Assembly: GCA_039714595.1 (NCBI GenBank)
Contig: JBDLJA010000003.1
Coordinates: forward strand, 64,312 to 128,311
Direction of reading: 5' to 3'
DNA: 64,000 bases
Source: Thermodesulfobacteriota bacterium
Lineage (GTDB): Bacteria; Desulfobacterota; Desulfobulbia; Desulfobulbales; SURF-16
The translations under genes were made by a program, and so were the position numbers. Shown here piece by piece: positions 59,062 through 64,000 of the stretch. How positions within the stretch are numbered: the first letter of the stretch is position 1; each line of letters opens with the position of its first letter. Below the pieces are notes generated by a model. The model saw nothing but the letters and a program-made list of their open reading frames with translations. It was not told where the DNA came from and ran no database searches.

Positions 59062-59080
59062 GAGAATAGGAGAAAAGCAA

Positions 59081-59281
59081 ATGGCTCGTGAATGTGAGAT
59101 CTGCGGCAAGAAACCCGTGACCGGCAACAATGTCAGTCATGCCCATAACAAAACCAGGCGGCGCTGGTTGCCAAACCTGCAGAAGGTTCGGGTGGCAACA
59201 AGCGGCGGCAACGCCAAGCGGATGCGGGTCTGTACCCGTTGTCTGCGCTCTGGTGCCGTCCAGAAGCCCCGGGCGGTATAA
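59081..59281 (+). CDS. rpmB: 50S ribosomal protein L28
   Basis: 66 aa, [34 protein letters not shown], with an AGGAG RBS. The ORF-track start at 59039 lies inside the hairpin. Confidence 0.95.
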   Translation: MARECEICGKKPVTGNNVSHAHNKTRRRWLPNLQKVRVATSGGNAKRMRVCTRCLRSGAVQKPRAV

Positions 59282-59361
59282 CCGCTCCTCCGGGCCAAGC
59301 GACTCCGGTACCCCCCATATAGTTCACCTTTCCTCAGTTTTTTAAGGCGGGAAGGTGAAAT

Positions 59362-59398
59362 AAAAAAAGCCTGACGGTATTACCGTCAGGCTTTTTTT
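59362..59398. terminator. Bidirectional Rho-independent terminator (convergent rpmB / copZ)
   Basis: Stem AGCCTGACGGTA/TACCGTCAGGCT flanked by A7 and T7. Confidence 0.8.
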
Positions 59399-59421
59399 AG
59401 TTGTTTGCTGCCCTGATCTGG

Positions 59422-59622
59422 TTAGTCGCCCGGTTCAAAACCGGTCTTGCTTATGGCCTGGCGGATGGTTTGGCGCTCCACCGAGCCATCGTTTTTAAAG
59501 GTGGCCTCGCCCTTGTCCAGGTCCACGGCGACCTCGCTTAGCCCCGGCAGAGCACTAAGGGCCTTGGTGACGGAAGCGGAGCAGTGGCCACAGCTCATAC
59601 CGGCTATCTTTATATTTTCCAT
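59422..59622 (-). CDS. copZ: Copper chaperone CopZ (HMA domain)
   Basis: 66 aa with the GMSCGHC metal-binding motif. Confidence 0.9.
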   Translation of the reverse strand: MENIKIAGMSCGHCSASVTKALSALPGLSEVAVDLDKGEATFKNDGSVERQTIRQAISKTGFEPGD

Positions 59623-59651
59623 GGGGAACCACCCTCCTGGTGGATAATGAT

Positions 59652-59770
59652 GTTTATTGTTTTTTGTTCAAGGTTAAAACCGCCGCCTTTCGGAGTCTCG
59701 CCTGCGGCTCGCTTACCGGGCGGACAGCTCTCAGCTGGCGGTTGTTTTTAACAGCGAATATCGAAACACC
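59652..59770. repeat. Intergenic structured repeat, copy C (both terminal arms present)
   Basis: Left arm TTTATTG..GTTAAAACCGCC (59653-59684) is inverted relative to the right arm GGCGGTTGTTTTTAACAGCGAATA (59737-59760). The core contains CGGAGTCTCGC. Confidence 0.75.
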
Positions 59771-59868
59771 GCGGTTTGTCGTTTAAGGGAAACCGGCTTG
59801 CTAGCCGCTGGTTGTCTAGTTCCTGATTAGGCTGGTTTTGCCAGAGCGAAAAATTACCACTGGCACCG

Positions 59869-62391
59869 GTGTCTGTCATCCGAAAATTTGAGGTGAATGA
59901 AGTGACGCGTCAGCAGATAGAGGCCAAGGTTAAAGGCATGCACTGTGCTGCCTGTTCCAGCCGGATAGAAAGGGTGGTGGGGGACATGGCCGGGGTGACT
60001 AAGGTCTCGGTTAACCTGGCAACGGAGACCATCTCCCTGGCCTTTAATGACGAGGAGACGACTCTGGCCCAGATCGCCGCGGCCATCGCCGATCTGGGCT
60101 TTGAGTTGCAGGAGGAGGAAGAGGCCCTCCGCCAGCTGGAGCTTGCCATCGGCGGCATGCACTGCGCCGCCTGTTCCGCCCGGATCGAAAGGGTAGTGGG
60201 GGGGATGGCAGGGGTTGCCAGCTGCCGGGTTAACCTGGCCGCGGAGAGTTGTCAGCTCAGTTTCAATCCCCGCCAGGTTACCCTGCGCCAGATCAAGGAG
60301 GCGATCAGTGGCTTAGGTTTCTCGGCCAGCCTGGCCGCCACCACCAGCCAGGCCGATCTCACGGCCCGTGAGGCTGAGCGGCGTTCCGCCCTGCTGGCCA
60401 TGCGCCGCCGTCTCCTGCCATCTTTCATCCTGGCCATGCTCATCATGGTTCTCTCCATGGGGGAGATGGTGGGACTGCGCCTGCCCACGGCAATAGCGCC
60501 GGACCAGAACCCCCTGGCCTTTGCCACCCTCCAGTTTATCCTCGTCCTGCCGGTCCTCTGGCTGGGCCGCTCATTTTACCGGCTTGGCATCCCGGCCCTG
60601 CTGCGGAGGGTGCCCACCATGGATTCCCTCATCGCCGTGGGGACCGGGGCCGCCTTTGTCTACTCAAGCTGGAATCTGGTGGAGATTTACTTAGGTCTAG
60701 ATCCGCTGGCCCGGGCCCATGACCTTTACTTTGAATCGGCCGCCATGCTCATTGCTCTGGTCTCCCTGGGTAAGTATCTGGAGGCCCGGGCCAAGGCCCG
60801 GACCTCGGAGGCCATCAGCCAGCTCATGGAGCTGGCCCCTGAGGAGGCGATACTGCTCACTAAAGGGGGGCAGGAGAAGATCCTGGTGGCGGATATCCTG
60901 GCCGGCGACCGGATCCTGGTGCGGCCGGGGGAGCGGATCCCGGTGGATGGCGTGGTCCAGGACGGCTCCTCCCGGGTGGACGAGTCGATGCTCACCGGGG
61001 AGAGTAAGGCCGCGCGTAAGGGGGTGGGGGACCCTCTGTTCAGCGGCACCCTGAACGGTCATGGCGCCCTCACCCTGAGGGCTGAGCAGGTGGGGCAAGA
61101 CACCATGCTGGCCCGGATCATAAAGCTGGTCCAGCAGGCCCAGGGCTCCAAGGCGCCCATCGCCAATCTGGCCGACCGCATCAGCCTCTACTTCGTGCCC
61201 ACGGTGATGATCATCGCCGCGGTGGCCGGGCTCTCCTGGTATTTTATTGGCGGGGCCCAGTTCAGCTTCGCCCTGCGGATATTTATCGCCGTGCTGGTCA
61301 TTGCCTGCCCCTGCGCCATGGGACTGGCCACCCCCACCTCCATCATGGTGGGCACGGGGCGCGGGGCCCAGCTCGGGGTGCTGATCAAGAACGGCGAGGT
61401 GCTGCAAAAGGCGGGGGGGGTGGACACCATGGTCTTTGATAAGACCGGCACCCTCACCCATGGTAAGCCCCGCCTCAGCGATTTTTTACCCCAGGGGGGC
61501 GGGATGGGACGGAGTGAGCTGCTGGCCCTGGTGGCCGGGGCAGAGGCCTCTTCCGAGCATCCCCTGGCCGAGGCCATTGTCCGCTCCGTGACGGAGGAGG
61601 GCATTGAATTCGCCGAGGTCCGGGAGTTTGTCGCCCTGCCCGGCCAGGGGATCAGGGCCAGGATGGCAGGCGACAGGCCGTTGCTCCTGGGTAATAAACA
61701 ACTCATGGAGGAGGAGCAGATAGACGGGCTGAGCTCTGCCAGTCTGGCCCGGGCCGATGAACTGGCCGGTCAGGGGAAGACCGCCCTCTTCCTGGCCGTG
61801 AATGGTGCGCTCCAGGCCATCCTGGGGGTGGCTGACACGGTGAAGGATGAGTCCGCCGCCACCATCAAGAGCTTGCAGACCATGGGTATTGAGGTGATTA
61901 TGCTCACCGGTGACAATGAACAGACGGCCCGGACCATTGGTGAGCAGATTGGTATTGACCAGGTCCTGGCTCAGATCCTGCCGGCGGATAAGGAGAGGGA
62001 GGTGGCCCGGCTCCAGGAGGAGAAGGGAAGGGTGGTGGCCATGGTGGGGGATGGCATCAACGATGCCCCGGCCCTGGCCCGGGCCGACGTGGGTATTGCC
62101 ATGGGCACCGGCATTGACGTGGCCATCGAGTCGGGGGACATGGTCCTCATGGCCGGGAAACTTGACGGGGTGATCACCGCCATTTCCTTAAGTCGGGCCA
62201 CCATGACCAATATCAAACAGAATCTCTTCTGGGCCTTTGCCTATAACGTGGTGGGTATTCCGGTGGCGGCCGGTCTGCTCTACATCTTTGGCGGGCCCAC
62301 CTTGAACCCGATGATCGGCGGGGCGGCCATGGCGCTAAGCTCGGTGTCGGTGGTCTCTAACGCCCTGCGACTCCGTTTCTTTAACGTCTAG
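59869..62391 (+). CDS. copA: Cu(I)-translocating P1B-type ATPase
   Basis: Two N-terminal HMA domains (GMHCAACS twice), CPC motif (ACPCAMG), DKTGT and GDGINDAP. The start is uncertain: GTG 59869, or GTG 59902 preceded by GAGG. Confidence 0.93.
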   Translation: MSVIRKFEVNEVTRQQIEAKVKGMHCAACSSRIERVVGDMAGVTKVSVNLATETISLAFNDEETTLAQIAAAIADLGFELQEEEEALRQLELAIGGMHCAACSARIERVVGGMAGVASCRVNLAAESCQLSFNPRQVTLRQIKEAISGLGFSASLAATTSQADLTAREAERRSALLAMRRRLLPSFILAMLIMVLSMGEMVGLRLPTAIAPDQNPLAFATLQFILVLPVLWLGRSFYRLGIPALLRRVPTMDSLIAVGTGAAFVYSSWNLVEIYLGLDPLARAHDLYFESAAMLIALVSLGKYLEARAKARTSEAISQLMELAPEEAILLTKGGQEKILVADILAGDRILVRPGERIPVDGVVQDGSSRVDESMLTGESKAARKGVGDPLFSGTLNGHGALTLRAEQVGQDTMLARIIKLVQQAQGSKAPIANLADRISLYFVPTVMIIAAVAGLSWYFIGGAQFSFALRIFIAVLVIACPCAMGLATPTSIMVGTGRGAQLGVLIKNGEVLQKAGGVDTMVFDKTGTLTHGKPRLSDFLPQGGGMGRSELLALVAGAEASSEHPLAEAIVRSVTEEGIEFAEVREFVALPGQGIRARMAGDRPLLLGNKQLMEEEQIDGLSSASLARADELAGQGKTALFLAVNGALQAILGVADTVKDESAATIKSLQTMGIEVIMLTGDNEQTARTIGEQIGIDQVLAQILPADKEREVARLQEEKGRVVAMVGDGINDAPALARADVGIAMGTGIDVAIESGDMVLMAGKLDGVITAISLSRATMTNIKQNLFWAFAYNVVGIPVAAGLLYIFGGPTLNPMIGGAAMALSSVSVVSNALRLRFFNV

Positions 62392-62770
62392 GGGCGTTTT
62401 TGATGGCGAGGAGCTCCTCTTTGCTGACGTTCTTTAAAAAGGTGAGGCCCAGGCGGAAGGGGAAGATTTCATCGTCCAGCTCTTTATTATACCAGCTCAT
62501 CCGGCAGGGGACGACGATGCTCTTCTCTTCGCCCACAGGCAACTCCAGCTGCAGGGTGAGATCCTTCTCGTCATCGGCGGCGTAGGCCAGGTGGGTCCGG
62601 TCCAGGAGGATGGCCCCCAGGCTGACGCCGGCGCTGGCCAGGCTGATATCCTGGAGGCGGCCGGAAAGGATGGAGGAGGTCGGGGTGGTATCTGTTCTCC
62701 TGGAGAGATACAGGCTGCAATTGCCCCGGCACTTATGCCGTTTGTGTTGACGCCGTTCTTCGAAATTCAA
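62381..62770 (-). CDS. PilZ-domain protein
   Basis: 129 aa with an N-terminal RRxxxR-type box (EERRQHKRH) and a D-x-S-x-x-G box (QDISLASAG). The TTG start overlaps the upstream stop (TTGA). Confidence 0.65.
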   Translation of the reverse strand: MNFEERRQHKRHKCRGNCSLYLSRRTDTTPTSSILSGRLQDISLASAGVSLGAILLDRTHLAYAADDEKDLTLQLELPVGEEKSIVVPCRMSWYNKELDDEIFPFRLGLTFLKNVSKEELLAIKNAPRR

Positions 62771-63696
62771 TCGATTAGCCTCAGCTTTTTGGTGAGGACC
62801 TGGGCCACCAGTGGGGCCACGGAATAGATGTCGAGGAGATCATCACTGACCCGGTCCGGGTAGGTGTCGGTGCCAATTACCTTTTTGATGCCATTTTCTT
62901 CCATCTTCTGCCGACAGTCACCCGACAGGACCAGGTGGGTGGCCATGAGGATGGTGTCGCGGGCCCCGGCGTCCAGGCAGCGCTGGGCCGTCTGGATAAT
63001 GGAGCCGCCGGTGCGGATCATGTCGTCGCAGATTATGGCCGTCTTGCCGGCCACCACCCCCGCCACCTGGCCCACCATGGTCTTATCCTGGGCGAAACGG
63101 TCCTTGTCGGCGGCGGTGTGCGCCACCCCCAGCAGGCCGGCCAGCCGCGCCACCCACTTGGAGCGGCCATAGTCGGGGGAGACCAGGGCAAAGTCCTTGA
63201 GATTCAGGGAGTTTATCTTGTTTACCAACAGCTCATCCGTCTGGATGTGGAGGGAGTGGATGGAGCCGTCATGGGCGTGGAGTACCGCCTCGGAGTGGAG
63301 GTCGATGAAGGCGGTGAGGTCCGGGCGGGCCCGGAATATCTGTCTGGTCCGGGTGATGCCCTTGGGGATCTCGGTCAGCTCCGGCTTGGCCTGCTCCATG
63401 GTGGAGTAGCCCAGGTAGGGGATGACGAGATTTATGGTGTTGGCCAGGTAGTAGTGGCAGCCGCCAATGAGGTCCAGCAGTTCCTGCTGGGAGGCATCGT
63501 CATGGGTGGCGGCGACGATGATGATGTCGCGGCCGCCCAGATCGTCGCTGAAGCTGTGGTGGATCTCGCCGTCGCTGAAGCGCTGGCGGACAACCGCGCT
63601 GAAGGGCGAGGCCAATTCGCGGGCCACGGCCCGGCCCAGGGACTCTGAGGCGCTATTGGCAATGATAATGAGGTCTTGGCGGCTGGTCCGTTTCAT
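62767..63696 (-). CDS. Divergent ribose-phosphate pyrophosphokinase (PRPP synthetase)-like protein
   Basis: 309 aa with RFSDGE and PRTase-type CDDMIRTGGS motifs. The canonical YARQDRK region reads YSTMEQAKP. Confidence 0.7.
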   Translation of the reverse strand: MKRTSRQDLIIIANSASESLGRAVARELASPFSAVVRQRFSDGEIHHSFSDDLGGRDIIIVAATHDDASQQELLDLIGGCHYYLANTINLVIPYLGYSTMEQAKPELTEIPKGITRTRQIFRARPDLTAFIDLHSEAVLHAHDGSIHSLHIQTDELLVNKINSLNLKDFALVSPDYGRSKWVARLAGLLGVAHTAADKDRFAQDKTMVGQVAGVVAGKTAIICDDMIRTGGSIIQTAQRCLDAGARDTILMATHLVLSGDCRQKMEENGIKKVIGTDTYPDRVSDDLLDIYSVAPLVAQVLTKKLRLID

Positions 63697-63827
63697 AACA
63701 TGTTGTTTTGGCGGGGAGTTTGTTCCCGTGGCAGGAAAAGGGGAGCCTTAATGTCTTAAAAAGGCAGTATTGCCGCCCCGGTACCTATTTTTTAACCGTA
63801 AAATAGGTTAATACGCAAAGTTTTTTT

Positions 63828-63985
63828 GTTATTCGCAGTTGCTTTTACCTGTTGTTAAAACCGCAGGCAATGCCTGCGGATAGCTAACTGCTCATTGAAG
63901 CTCGCCACCTGCTACGCACTTTTCATCTCCCGGCAGAGCAAGGGCGACAAAAGCCCCGCGTCTGACGGGTGGTCGTTTACTCTAA
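63828..63985 (+). repeat. Intergenic structured repeat, copy D
   Basis: About 78% identical to copy A over about 80 nt. The 8-bp hairpin CCGCAGGC-AAT-GCCTGCGG carries compensatory substitutions relative to copy A. May continue past the window end. Confidence 0.75.
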
Positions 63986-64000
63986 GGGCTTATCCTGGCG

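Noticed and set aside
59861-59875. TGGCAC-N5-TCTG resembling a sigma54 -24/-12 promoter upstream of copA.
   Set aside because: The -12 element lacks the conserved GC (TTGC), the site overlaps the probable copA start codon, and no enhancer-binding protein is nearby.
61413-61420. G8 run inside copA.
   Set aside because: It encodes a conserved Gly-rich segment (KAGGVDT) of an essential-type transporter. It is shorter than the G9 in the GTPase and there is no reason to suspect phase variation.

Overview
This is a high-GC bacterial chromosome segment. The gene content suggests an anaerobic Desulfobacterota/Desulfobulbales-like organism, but that is an inference and was not checked against any database.

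Positions 1-23.5 kb hold the universal translation supercluster, all on the + strand: the 3' part of rpoC, then rpsL-rpsG, fusA-tuf, the S10/spc/alpha ribosomal-protein operons, secY, map, infA, rpmJ, rpoA and rplQ. Gene content is ordinary. Three things stand out here: several unusually long structured spacers, a terminator plus consensus promoter between rpsG and fusA, and a tandem decamer array after tuf.

The remaining 40 kb is mixed housekeeping and accessory DNA:
- A seven-gene MoxR-DUF58-DUF4381-BatA-BatB-TPR-BatD operon.
- A secreted Cys-type sulfatase.
- A tightly coupled operon of cytochrome b (fused b6/subunit-IV type), a Rieske protein and a membrane-anchored octahaem c-type cytochrome with a HEAT/TPR tail. 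This is my top candidate for a non-canonical respiratory module.
- An orphan soluble GAF histidine kinase and a rhodanese lipoprotein.
- ftsB, tatC followed by a small 4-Cys protein, an HD hydrolase, a YkgJ Cys-cluster protein and fused secDF.
- A translationally coupled DUF2868 membrane protein and DUF3482 GTPase pair of unknown function.
- rsfS, gpmI, thrC, a CBS protein and PBP1A.
- A PpcA-like trihaem cytochrome c7 next to System II cytochrome c biogenesis genes (resB/ccsA).
- rpmB with a terminator-containing leader, and copZ/copA.
- A divergent PRPP-synthetase-like gene coupled to a PilZ gene.

A previously unannotated family of short structured intergenic repeats occurs at five or more loci.

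I recognised no rRNA, tRNA, CRISPR array, transposase or integrase. All family assignments rest on motif recognition by eye; no searches were run.
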